Shown here: piece by piece, positions 13,674-26,059 of the stretch | How positions within the stretch are numbered: position 1 is the first letter of the stretch | Layout of the letters: every line of letters starts with the position of its first letter | DNA from: Adineta vaga | Taxonomy: Eukaryota; Animalia; Rotifera | Direction of reading: 5' to 3' | Assembly: GCA_021613535.1 (NCBI GenBank) | Contig: CP075492.1 | Location: 6,882,001-6,946,000, forward strand | Length of the DNA stretch: 64,000 bases | Translations under genes and position numbers: made by a program | Notes under the pieces: model-generated | Told to the model about the DNA's origin: nothing | The model's input: only the letters and a program-made list of their open reading frames with translations | Database searches by the model: none

Positions 13674-15032
13674 ATGTCACAAGATGTAATGCCGATCGCC
13701 CAAACTTTTGAATTTCCATGTGGATTAAAAGTATCCAATAGGATAGTTAAAGCTGCAATGGAAGAGTCTCTTGGCAGCGGTGATAATCAGCCGAATGAAT
13801 ATATTTATCGTCTCTACGAACGTTGGGCCAAAGGTTCATATGGTCTTCTTTTAACTGGCAATGTCCAAATCGATGAACGTTTTCCTGGTCTTCTAACAGA
13901 TTTAATGATACCAAGCAAAGAGAAGATTGATTTAGACAGATGGAAACGTTATGCCAATGCTTGTCAAAGTCATGGCACACCAACGATTGTTCAAATTAAT
14001 CATGCTGGCCGTCAATCACCAATGGGCAAACGATCTTTCCGACAACCTCCTATTGCACCTAGTCCAATAAAAATGTCGATGGGAGATGGACTTTTTGCTC
14101 GAACATTACAACGTTTCGTTTCGCCTATACCAGAAGAAATGACACAAGCACAGATCAATGACGTAGTACAAAAATTTGCTGATACAGCTGAATTAATGGC
14201 AAAAGCGGGTTTTGCTGGTGTTGAAATTCATGGTAGTCATGGTTATTTAGTTAGTAGTTTTCTATCGCCAAAAACCAATCGACGAACAGATAATTATGGT
14301 GCTACACCTAAAGATCGTATGAAGTTTTTATTTCAAATTATCGATGCTATACGAGCAGTTGTTCCAAAAAGTTTTGCTGTCGGTGTTAAATTAAATTCAT
14401 CTGATTTTAGTACAGGTGGATTAACTGAAGATGAAGCTCATGATCAAATTCGATGGATTAATGAACATGGAAAGATTGATTTTATTGAAATATCTGGTGG
14501 AACATATGAAGCACCAGCGATGGCTGGACATGAATTTGCACCTAAATTAGAACGTACTCGAAAAAGAGAAGCTTATTTTCTTGAATTCGCTGCTAAAGTT
14601 CGCAATACAACGACTATTCCATTGATCGTTACAGGTGGATTTCGTACTCGAAAAGGAATGAATGAAGCAATTCATTCGAATGCATGCGATTTTGTTGGTG
14701 TTGGTCGTCCAACTTGTCTTCAATTTAATCTACCAGAAATCTTACTCAATAAAACTATTGCTGATGAACATGCACGAGCTATTGAATATGAAATTCGGGG
14801 AATACGTCTATTTAATTTAATACCAATTGCAACTATTGGATCAGGTATCGCAACAATATGGCACAATTGGCAAATGCATCGTGTAGCAATTGAAAATCGC
14901 GAACCCGATCCGACTCTTACTGTCCATGGCAAACTATTCAGTAGTTTTCTTCAATTTTTAAAGAAATCTATGCCAACAATTCTATTGATATTTGGAATTA
15001 TATTTATTGCGATTTTGATTCAACGAAATTAG
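13674..15032 (+). CDS. NADH:flavin oxidoreductase / Old Yellow Enzyme family, intronless, C-terminal TM tail
   Basis: NRIVKAAMEE, QINHAGRQ, GFAGVEIHGSHGYLVSSFLSPKTNRRTD.YG, VKLNS.DF, IEISGGTYE, TGGFRT. Confidence 0.93.
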   Translation: MSQDVMPIAQTFEFPCGLKVSNRIVKAAMEESLGSGDNQPNEYIYRLYERWAKGSYGLLLTGNVQIDERFPGLLTDLMIPSKEKIDLDRWKRYANACQSHGTPTIVQINHAGRQSPMGKRSFRQPPIAPSPIKMSMGDGLFARTLQRFVSPIPEEMTQAQINDVVQKFADTAELMAKAGFAGVEIHGSHGYLVSSFLSPKTNRRTDNYGATPKDRMKFLFQIIDAIRAVVPKSFAVGVKLNSSDFSTGGLTEDEAHDQIRWINEHGKIDFIEISGGTYEAPAMAGHEFAPKLERTRKREAYFLEFAAKVRNTTTIPLIVTGGFRTRKGMNEAIHSNACDFVGVGRPTCLQFNLPEILLNKTIADEHARAIEYEIRGIRLFNLIPIATIGSGIATIWHNWQMHRVAIENREPDPTLTVHGKLFSSFLQFLKKSMPTILLIFGIIFIAILIQRN

Positions 15033-18000
15033 TTGTAATTTTAAAAAAAATATTTGTTTAGAAAAATAAAACTATATTTTCATTCTGAATGATAGTTTTC
15101 AATGCTCTAATGCAAGGACAAGTGTGATGAAAGAAGGAAATTGAATTATCATTTTACGTATCCACAATAGTATTCTATTCATTTCAAATGTCAAGTGACA
15201 TATCTTCTTCTTTTGCGAACATAATGAGTGATTTGAAACTTTATTTAATCTAATAAATGGTCATCTTGTCGAAGATTCATACATAAGAAAGTCCTGTCTT
15301 TCCATTAGAAAACAGTTTTTATAATTATTTGTATTTTTCTTTAAATATAAAAATAGAAAATCTCTTTTTTCTCATTTTAATAAGACACCTGAGCATAAGA
15401 AGGAAACCCGTTATTTCCTGTGTCTTAGTACTTATTCCGTGCAGAAGAATAGTTTTCTGTCTCCAAACGAGATAAGTTCCTCAATTATAAACAATTATCG
15501 AACTTTATAGAAAAAAATTAATTTTCTAATTTCAGAAACAACAGCAACAACAAGAAAAAGTATAGACATTCATATCATTCATCGTGTATATCTTTCTATT
15601 TTTTCCTCTCCATTTCAAGACTAGTTTGTACTACATTTCGTTAATCAATATGTTGAAATGAACTCATCATTTATGAAAATGACAATAATCTCATTATGAA
15701 ATTTTACATTAGCAATAGTGTTAAAATAACTCGAAATTATTAATTGAATTTTTTCGTTGTGTAAAAGCATTTGACACGATTCGGATTATTACTTAAAATG
15801 TAACAACTGGTGTTTTTATGCATCAGCTGAAATTCAAATGAAAACTAGAGAACAGATGCGACACACTTGGAGTACTATATGAAAAATTTGAATATGATTA
15901 ATTTTTGTTTGATAATATTATCTTTTTATGAAACAATGAAACTTCGATTGATATTGACGTTTTTTACTGACAGTTTTATCTATTTATTGTCTGTTATCTT
16001 TGAGGATATTAGTCAATCTATTCGCCAAAAGATCAATATGACATTACAATTCGAATTCTCTAGATATTTATGGAATGTATCAAAATGAGAGAACTCTAAA
16101 CAACAAAGAAATAGTTTTTGAGCATTCTAAAGACAATAAGACTAGTGTATTTTAGTTGTTCAATGATTAATCTAAAGACATGACTCTTTTTTCTTACATA
16201 TGTATATATATATAACAATCGTTACAAAAATCTTCACTTATTATTTGCTTTAGAAAGAAGAAAATATGCCAATGTTCTTCGTTATTTCCCTCTTTCTGTC
16301 GATTCTCTCTCTCTCTCCCTCTATCCACACTATTATTTATCATTATTGAAGAGACAAGCATCTTTTCCTTATAAAATCTTTTTCTCATTAGATTATTGAC
16401 AGTTAATATTAACGACGGCAAACAACATTCATCAATTTTTTTCACAATCAAGAAAACAAGATATCGACATAATAACTATGCACGTAAGTACTCTTTGGGA
16501 CGCTCTTCTTATTATTTCCTAAGATACTTCGAGATAACTGTGTAATAAAAAAAGGTTAATATTCCACTTCGAGTTTTCCGTTCGCAATTTTTCTTTTATT
16601 ATTTGCACATGTATAATATGATTCTAAGTCAAACCAATCGATTGATTAGTTCGAAGAAGAAGAAGAAAAAAAGAAATCAAGTACTTGAATTTTATTTTCA
16701 CAACTCGATAAGTTTATTGTTCGATCTAATTGAATAGGATCGTGGACAATGGCAAAGACATAAGTTAATAATAAGAGACCGAGAGAGAATGAAAGACAAT
16801 TTTTTGCCTTAGAATTCGTCAATCATTCATTTTTTTCGATGAAGACACTGTGGGTGGAGTGTCCCAGTTTACTCATATAATCGTTACAATGTCTCAAAAA
16901 TCTTCTACATTGAACTATAAAAATAAGCGAGTCTGACTTCCGATGAACACATGACTTCCGATTCTTTCCTGTTGATCAATGATATTATCAATATGAGTAG
17001 AAAAAATAATGAATGACATGTACGATAAGATTAGATTCAATTGAAATACTTCGATCATTCTTTTCCTATGCATGACTATTGAAGTTTGATCATAATAAAT
17101 CATCGTTTTTCTCGAAATCATAAAAAAAATAGTTTAGTTTTATTCTATACAGAATTCAGATCTATTCTTAAAGGTAAGGAAATGTTTTATTTACAGTTGA
17201 CTACATCTACCAGATGATATTTCTCAACAAAAACGTCATTAACGAGGGTTTTTCTTCTAGATAGTTGAAAAAGTTCACAGAATCGAAAGAAATCAAAATG
17301 GTAAGATTCATTTATTATTTTGTATTCCTGTAAAGATTTAATAGTCATCAGTTATTGATATCATGATCAAATAAGGAAATTACGACTCGATCTATAGAAG
17401 GAAAGATCTTATAAGTTTTTGAAAAAAATGAAGAATTCACTTAATACAAGAGTCATAGACTTCTTGTTTACGTTCTCAATGCTTGTGAAGAAGAAAAAAA
17501 ATCATAATCTTAACTTACTTTTTGATGACATGATTCCAATGAAATTTGAAATTTTTTTCTATTAATATCTACTTCAAAAAAAGAAGAAGAAGTTTTCATC
17601 TTCCAGATGAATAGTTCCGGTTGATTTCAAATCTCAACCTATTCATTTACTATCAATAAAAGAAAAGAAAATTTCTTTCTATATTTTGAAAGGAGAAACG
17701 ATTAACATTGTTCGAGAAAACGAGAATGTAAGTGCGCTATTTCAAACGACTCTAAATAAATATATATATAAAACTTTTATTCACATTCATTTTTAATTAA
17801 TCTTAAAATAACTCTCTACTTCGAAGAAAAGAAATATCTTTTAACGAGCAATCATTTCACACACTCAGCGTATTTCCTTCTATCAAATTCTACTATGAGT
17901 TTTGTTTTAAACACGCATACATCTTTCTCTTCTCCAAAACCTCCCACAAAAAAAAAACAAACATACTAAACATTTCCGTCCAAATCCAATCACATAGTTA

Positions 18001-18771
18001 ATATTCTTTTCGGTAAGATTTTTTATTTCCTGAGCATGATCTATTCAATACAGAGAAGTATAAGGTGGAAATTAAATTATCAAATCTTCCTAACATGCAA
18101 TGATATGAATAAGAAAAAGTAATGTTTTCTGTAAGTAAACTATCAATAAATCTTCATCGTTTATATCTGTCCATAAAAAAAATCCGATTAGTCTGTTTTT
18201 ATTGAAGATTATTAATTAACTTGTCATCAGTTATTGAAAAAAAAACAGAAAAAAAACAACACATCATTCCCCAAGTAATTAAATCAATCAGATTTATTTA
18301 TCGACATCTTTATCTATTTCTTCAATTTTCTTTTATCACCCTATGGACAGTGACATCGTGTTAATTTAATCTATTAGATGAGAAACAGAAAGAGAGAGAA
18401 AAAAACACACAAGAAAAAGAAAGAAAGAAAGAGAAATAAGCAAAGTTAGTTTTTACTGCAATAGTTTTAAAGACAGAACGCGTCATTTGTGTATCGAAAA
18501 TTGATATTATAATGGAATCTAACAAGAAGGTTTTGTATGTCAAAGAAGACATTATTTTCCTCTCCCTGAAAAATTGAACGAATAAATATTGATTTTAAAT
18601 AGTATTTATTGACAAACTATATTCTTCTTAGGTTACAAAACAAGAAACAAAGTCATCTATGACTTTTTGTTTCTTTAAATATACTTGTTCAATTCTTATT
18701 GATGTCTATAAATGTCAATAATTAACAACGATGTTTTATGATTCGAACTAATTTATATTCAGAAAAATACA

Positions 18772-20230
18772 ATGATGACAAAAACGACATTTAGTTATCG
18801 ACTTTCATCATTAACACCCTCATCTAATTTTTCTTTGACTTCCTTATCATCATCAACATCATCATCTATGGCTACCGTGTTTTTCAATCCAAATCAAATC
18901 TTTTTACTAAAATGGTCCGTTCGTATCATCGGTGGTTTATTAATAACTATCGGTGGTATTGGAAATACACTTTCAGCTTTGACGCTCAGTCGAAAAAAAT
19001 TACGAGCACAAGTTACATCTATTTATCTTATTGCTTTAGCATTATCTGATCTCGGTAAGAACAAATTTTTGCTTAATGAAACTATATTCGTCCTATATAT
19101 ATATATATATATATATATATTGAATACGTGTATATTTAGGTAATGTGTTTTTCAGTGTTTTAAATTTCTATCTTATTCGACTTGATCCAAATCAAAATAT
19201 GCGATTGTATAGCAATCTTGTCTGTAAATTTCATATTTTTTTCACTTATTATTTCATTAATCTATCTCCCACATTACTTGTTGCCGTTAGTGTACAACGT
19301 TATCTAGCTATAGCTAAACATCAATATTCGAGAAAACATTGTACGGTTAAAAATGCTTATTCAGTTATTGGATTGATTTGTTTAATTTCATTCTTTATAC
19401 AATTACATTGGGGAATCTTTTATGAATTACAAACTATTCCAATAAAATCAACACCATCGTCATTATTAAATCATACGATATTATATCGACCTGTTTGTAA
19501 TATTTCGTTAAATTATCCTTCGTATCTATGGTTTCGTTCACGTATGTTAGGTTATATTCAATGGTTTCTCTTTACATTATGTCCATTTATCATTATGTTA
19601 ATATTGAATTCTTTAATATTGAAAGTTATTGCATCTGCACGTCGAATTCAACAACGTATGAATCAAAAAAATCAACGTAAACGAACTAAACAACGAAATA
19701 TGACAATTATGCTTCTATCTGTTTCTTGTGTATTTATTCTATTAACAGCTCCAGCCTCGACATTTATGGCATTTGGACATTTATTTCGAAATCTTCATGG
19801 ACAAAAATCTCAATCATTATGGACGATGTTTTCATTGATTTACTATGCGAATACTGCAGCGAATTTTCTTCTCTATTTTCTTACAGCAAATGTTTTTCGA
19901 CAAGAACTTCGTGTGATGATTTTATCTTTACCAGGATGTTCTAAAATATGTCCTGAACAATGTGAATTAATGCGAAGAAATACAGTTCAAGGTGGTGGTG
20001 GTGGTGGTCATGATTCAAAATTTCCTACCATACGTAAAACACAATTTACAACTGTACCATTAGTAACATCAATTGTCATGCCATGTGATGAAGATAAGTG
20101 TAATGGTGTGAAGAAAAAATCGAATTCAACGAATCTTTTAAAAGTGAATTCAAGTACTCGTTTGTTAAATGTAACTAATACCTATCCGACATGTAGTGGA
20201 GTATCCTATGAAGGCGATTCAAAATTGTAA
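18772..20230 (+). CDS. Class A peptide-type GPCR (FMRFamide-receptor-like)
   Basis: GGIGNTLS, YLIALALSD, VSVQRYLAI, LCPF, NFLLYFL..FR. One intron at about 19054-19139. Confidence 0.88.
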
Positions 20231-20514
20231 GAACGTATTTTTGTTTTGTTTTGTGAACAAAGAATTCTTAAAAGGAAAAACAAAATTGCTTCGGCGACCC
20301 TCTCTTCTCATTAAATGAATACTTTCGCATCCTTAGGGAAAGAACAGAAAGTTATATTTAAAGCAGATGAAAAAGCTCGTTTTCTTTGCCAAAAGATATA
20401 TCAATGAATAAATAATTATATGAAAGTTCAGGATATATTCTTTCCTGTTTTATTTATTTATAGTATAATCATGATAAGTGGTTATTTCATCAGTATGTAT
20501 AAGAGAACGAAGAA

Positions 20515-23386
20515 TTAGATTTTTTGCCGTATAGATGATGAATAGAATTTACTGGTATTAGTTGACGATTGTTCTTTAATGTAAGTTGATGGTGGTGCAA
20601 TTCGTAATCGTTCAATATTATTGGAAAGAACTCGAAAATATCGAATACTTGATCCTCGTGATCTATAGAAACAAAATCAAATAGAAATTTATTGCTTTAA
20701 ATTATAAAATATTTACCGTAATTTCGGTAGTTTTAATGTATCATATCGTTCCCAGTCTTCAATTAACGATGCTGACAGACGTGGTGGAATACCCGGTAAA
20801 CAATTGTATATTTTTAAAAAATTCATTATATCTGGTTCACTTCGGCATCTATGATATTTTTATTAAGAAGACAAATAATGAGCAATAAAACATTATTCTA
20901 TTTGTATACCTGTTCAGTAATTTCCTTCGACCTTCGGGAACGTAAGATAAAAATCCTAATGCAATTGATGCATTTCCAATAGTAATATCATTTGAAGAGG
21001 AGAAAAGATTGCATAGATAATCGATTGCATCAACAGCAATTAATGATTGAGGAACACCTTTGAATAATAACAGGATATTCTTTCAAATAAGTAGCAATTT
21101 ACAACATTACCTGTATGTTTATGTATTTCCGAACCTAGGAAAAACCAAGAAGAATATTTCGTTCACTAAACAAATTCATAACAATGTAACATACCTGATT
21201 TCATATGTGCAAGTCGAGCAATACATTCAGCCGCTAAAGATTTAACTTTATCTACTTCGGATAATCGAAGTATATCAATGAGAATTCCACATCCAATCGC
21301 AGTTGTTACTGATCGTTTTTGTTCGGAAATTAAACTCGAAAGGACAACAATCTAGAAGTAATGAATTTTATATTCAATTACTAATTCTATTTTTCAAAAC
21401 AAACTTGAAATGCAGCTGTACATCTTATAAATTCATCATTTGTTTGAAGAAATTTATCAAAATAATCAAATGAAAGTTGATAATATTTACTTAAATGTGT
21501 TCGTATATGTGAATTATTGTAAATAAATGTTGCTAATGTATTTGATGCTTTCAATTGTACATCAGATTTTGTTGTTTGTGTTAAATAAATAATATGTAAA
21601 TAAGAAAAATCTAATGTATTTTCAATAATTGTTGAACATTCCATATTTCCTAATGCAATACAAGCTAAACATTGCGCTGCTTCAACTTGTACAATGTCAC
21701 TCTTGGCATGCATAGCTAAAGCAACAATTAATTTAATTCCATCATTATTATGAATAATTTCTTGATTATTTCGATTCGATACAAAACCTGGTGCACAACA
21801 AATCAATTGTAATGTTCGTAGAACAGTTAAAACTAATGTTTGATCATTTAATTTCAATAAACGTATTAAATATGGTATACCTTGTGCTTGATTGATTTCT
21901 TCTTGAATATTTAATTTAATTGTTGCTGCACCTTTTGTTAATTCATGCAATGCTTCCGTAACGGCTAATAGATGTTCATCCGATTTTAACATATAGAAAC
22001 TAATTAATTTTTTTACTCCAATTTTTGTTGCAACATCACGTTTTCTTGTGGAACTTGTCTCACATAATGTCCATAATGTACAAACAATGACTATTTGTAA
22101 AGTTGACATATTTGTTTTATCTAAAAGATTTAATAATTGTTCAATTGCATGTTCACGTAAGAGTATATCTTGAACACGTGCATTTTTATAACTTAATGCT
22201 TGTATAGCTTCAATTGAAACTTGTTGTAATTCTTTTGATGATGCAGTTAATGCACTAAGTAAATGATCACATATACCATAATGTGCAAGAATATTTTGAA
22301 TTGTTTCATTATTTTTAACTAATTGACGAATAAAACGAATAACAGAAAGTGATAAATTTAAATCGAAATCTTCGAGATAAACTTCAATAAGTAGGAGAAG
22401 AAAATCTTTTGAATTGGCAATTTTTTGTTGATAAGAAAATGAATTTGAAATAACATTTGATAGACAATCAAAATAGGAACAAATTATTTGTGATGAATGT
22501 TCTTTCGTAATCAATTTCATTAATAATTCAATTAAATCTTGTTCAACCATGGATTCAATTAATGATTTATCTGTACTTAAATATAACAAAACACGACCTA
22601 AGATAATCAATATTTCTGGATTAGTCGAACGTGTATGTTTTAACATTGAACTAAATGCATTTTTTATTGTTTTTAATTCGTTTTTTATCGTTGGAATTTC
22701 AGTTGTTACATTATAGAAAAGAATGAATGTTGTTAGAAGTACATCATCATTTTTTGAAAGAGTGAACAATTGAAATAATGTAGATAGAAGATCATTTTGA
22801 AGCAAAGGAATCCAATAAGAACTTATAGGTGAATTATTTGCCGGACGACGAGTTAATGATTCAATCATACGACCACAAATAAGACTTTCTTCATCTTTAA
22901 TTGAAAGAAATAACTTTAATAAAGATTTCCAAACATTGTACTGTTCGGTAATAATTGAAAGATCAAGAATATAACGAACTGTACGTTCATTCTGAGAAAG
23001 AATTGCAATGGAAATGATATCTAAATAGAAAATAGAATATTTCGCAAAAAAACAAAACAATCTTTTTCAAAAGATTTACCGTTGCCATTCGCATCAATGA
23101 CATTTAAATTCACGGGATATTCTAATAAACAATTGATAATTTCTAATCTTCCAGATGTTGTAGCTAAGAGTAATGGAGTAAATTCATCTTCATCATGTGT
23201 TATAGCTTCTAATTGTGATTTAAGATCATTTCGTTTCTCTGCATCTTCTAAAATATTCTTAACAATTCCATCTAAACCATTCAATGTTGCTCGATGAATA
23301 GGAAGATATCCATTATCATCATAAACATTAACTTTTGTCAATTCATCATTCATTTCTGTATTATAAATTGTCGTAGATGGATGCAT
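20515..23386 (-). CDS. ANKAR: Ankyrin and armadillo repeat-containing protein (ANKAR-like)
   Basis: N-terminal ankyrin repeats (GYLPIHRAT, FTPLLLAT..GR) followed by ARM repeats (GIPYLIRLL, VQVEAAQCLACIALG). At least seven exons, including a 24-nt exon at 21111-21134. Confidence 0.75.
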
Positions 23387-23830
23387 CTTTTTGATAATCA
23401 ATAGAATGTACAGTTGTCAAAACGACCGAAGTCTTATTAAAAGAAGAAGAAGAAGAAGAAGAAAAAAGTGTTTTGTTGTTAACTCAATTTCTCGTTACTT
23501 TTATCGACGGAAAAAAATACGAGCCCGTCAAATGTCTTAATAAGCAAAAGATAGAAAACATGAGTTTTCTAAATTTCTTTTTCTTTTTCTTTTTCTACTT
23601 CTTTTTGTCGTTAAACGTTAATACGGAAAATGAATAGAAAAACAATATTTGCTTATTCATGACATTAAAAGCAATCAAGTTGACATTGACATAAAAAATC
23701 AATATGAAATATGAACCAGACGACGAAATGAATCAGTTCATACATATCAGACGAGATAAAATCAGGGTTTTTTTTCGTGTTCTATAACATGTGATGATGA
23801 TACTATGATTGTTTGTTTCACACAGTTACA

Positions 23831-25054
23831 ATGAATGGTTCAAGAACGAGGATGTCGATAGAAGAAACACATGATAATATTTCTAAAGATCATAAGAATA
23901 TTTATTGGCGATTACTTTTTCTTAATCTAGTTATCTTATGGTCATATCATTCATTACTATCTGCACAGAATTATTATATGAAATATTTTCCGATGAATCA
24001 TTTAGAATTTTGGGGAACAGTCTTAGCTGGAAGTATGTTATTTTTTTGTCATATAATTCAATTATTTGATTTCTATAAATTTGGTTTTACAAAACGAATG
24101 ATACCTGGTTTTATTGGATATATTATCGTTGGATTATTAGTTATGTCTTGGAAGAATCCAATTATTTTATTAATTGCTTTTGCTACTGTTGGCGGTTTGA
24201 ATACTTTAACTGAATCTCCAGTCTATGCAATTGGTGGATTATTTCAAACTGGATCATTTTCACAAGCTATTCAAGTAGGCAATGCTATTGCTGGTTTTTT
24301 AAATATTTGTGTAAATACAATTATACGTTTGATTGTCTTACTTGTTCATAGCCATATTGATCATGATCAATTATCATTCTATTTATTTATGAGTGTTGGA
24401 ATTCTGTTAAGTTTTCTTGCTATTTATGTTTATTATCAATTAATACACATACCATCAATACAAATTCGAATTCAACAACAAATGATGGCATTTAAACAAG
24501 CAAAATATGGCAATGTAACGGAATTACATTTGATTGAAAATGAAATTTCCTATTGGGAATTAATTAAAATTTTAAAATCTCATTTATTCGTACAATTTTA
24601 TACTTTATTTATTACTTTATTATTATGGCCAGGTATTCCATGTAATGTATTAACAAATGGTTGGTTTAAATATGACGGACATCTTTGGTGGTGCTCACCA
24701 TTTGTTATTGGAACATTTAATTTCGGTGATTTACTTGGTCGAATAAGTGCAATTAAGATTCATCAATATTTTTCGGAAAAAATCTGTTTCTGTGCTTCAA
24801 TTCTACGAACATCTTTTATTCTTATCATCTTCTTTCGTCATAGTATTAATAATATTCTTCTTCTGATCTTAATCACTTTATTAGGAATGACAAATGGTCT
24901 TCTAGCAACTGTTTCATTTATGTATCGTCCATCGGCTATTATTGGAGTGAATAATCGTGAAAAAGCAGCATATTTAATGACTGCAGCATTATATTTAGGA
25001 ATTGCTAGTGGATCAATTGTTGCTGCTAGCTTAGCATTAACACATTTACTTTAA
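23831..25054 (+). CDS. Equilibrative nucleoside transporter (SLC29/ENT), intronless
   Basis: About 11 TMs, QAIQVGNAIAG, TLLLWPG, FNFGDLLGR, LGMTNGLLAT, REKAAYLM...LGIASGS. Confidence 0.9.
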   Translation: MNGSRTRMSIEETHDNISKDHKNIYWRLLFLNLVILWSYHSLLSAQNYYMKYFPMNHLEFWGTVLAGSMLFFCHIIQLFDFYKFGFTKRMIPGFIGYIIVGLLVMSWKNPIILLIAFATVGGLNTLTESPVYAIGGLFQTGSFSQAIQVGNAIAGFLNICVNTIIRLIVLLVHSHIDHDQLSFYLFMSVGILLSFLAIYVYYQLIHIPSIQIRIQQQMMAFKQAKYGNVTELHLIENEISYWELIKILKSHLFVQFYTLFITLLLWPGIPCNVLTNGWFKYDGHLWWCSPFVIGTFNFGDLLGRISAIKIHQYFSEKICFCASILRTSFILIIFFRHSINNILLLILITLLGMTNGLLATVSFMYRPSAIIGVNNREKAAYLMTAALYLGIASGSIVAASLALTHLL

Positions 25055-26059
25055 TAAATTTATTTTTGTCTCGATTATTCTATAGAGATTTTACGATGTA
25101 AGCTCAAAGGACAAACAGTAAAATACGTTTTTTGTTTCATTTTTTATTATTGAGCATTAGTCATTTTTAAACGTAAAGAGAACTAAAATAAGCATTCATC
25201 CATTCGAAGTAATAGAAAAGAAAAAGAACGCACTCATCACATCTTGTGTGGCGCCAATTTTTGGTCTCCTTGAGGGAAGAAAACAGAATAAAAACGTTTT
25301 TTTTCTCTTTCGAGTAACATATAAAAAAAGAAAGAAAAAAAATCTCTTTTATACTAATGGAATACTTTAAATTACCAGCTTCGATTTGATAAGGTAAGGA
25401 TATAAGATAGGATAGTTATCAATCATTTTCTTCATATTGAAACTGTTTGGAAGCATTGATGTTTGTGTCAAAGGACATAATAAAATGTATAGTACGATAT
25501 TCGAGTGAATCTTTGACTCATTTTGAAATGATGTGATTAATCAAAGCAGATTAAACTTTATCTATACGATTGTTTAGTCTTCAGACGAATAAGTCAGCAC
25601 TTAAACATACGATTCTGAAACGAAAATAACACGCATGCGTAACTTTGAATGGTTGACTGTAGAAAAAACAAAGAGGACGTGTTTATTGTTGATGTCAAAT
25701 TAAATGCAGAGCTTGTCATATAAATCATGTTATATTGCAAAAATATTCGTTTGTGTAGTTAGAATTATCCTTTTCTTATTATATGATCAAATTCAAATAT
25801 TTTTGGTATTTATTCTCTACATACCTGTCAGTTTCAATCACTCGTCACATGAGAAAGAGAAAAAGCGTTTACGTATACTGTTGAAATTAAGATTAAGTAA
25901 TCGATTTTCGCTATTATCGATTGTGATATTTATTTAACCTTTAACAATCGCGAATACAGTGAGCATACAAAAGTATCCATGTATTATTGTACCTTTTACT
26001 ATTACTAAAATAATATATCATCATTGTATGTTATAGTTGACTTTTAATTTCCGAACAAA

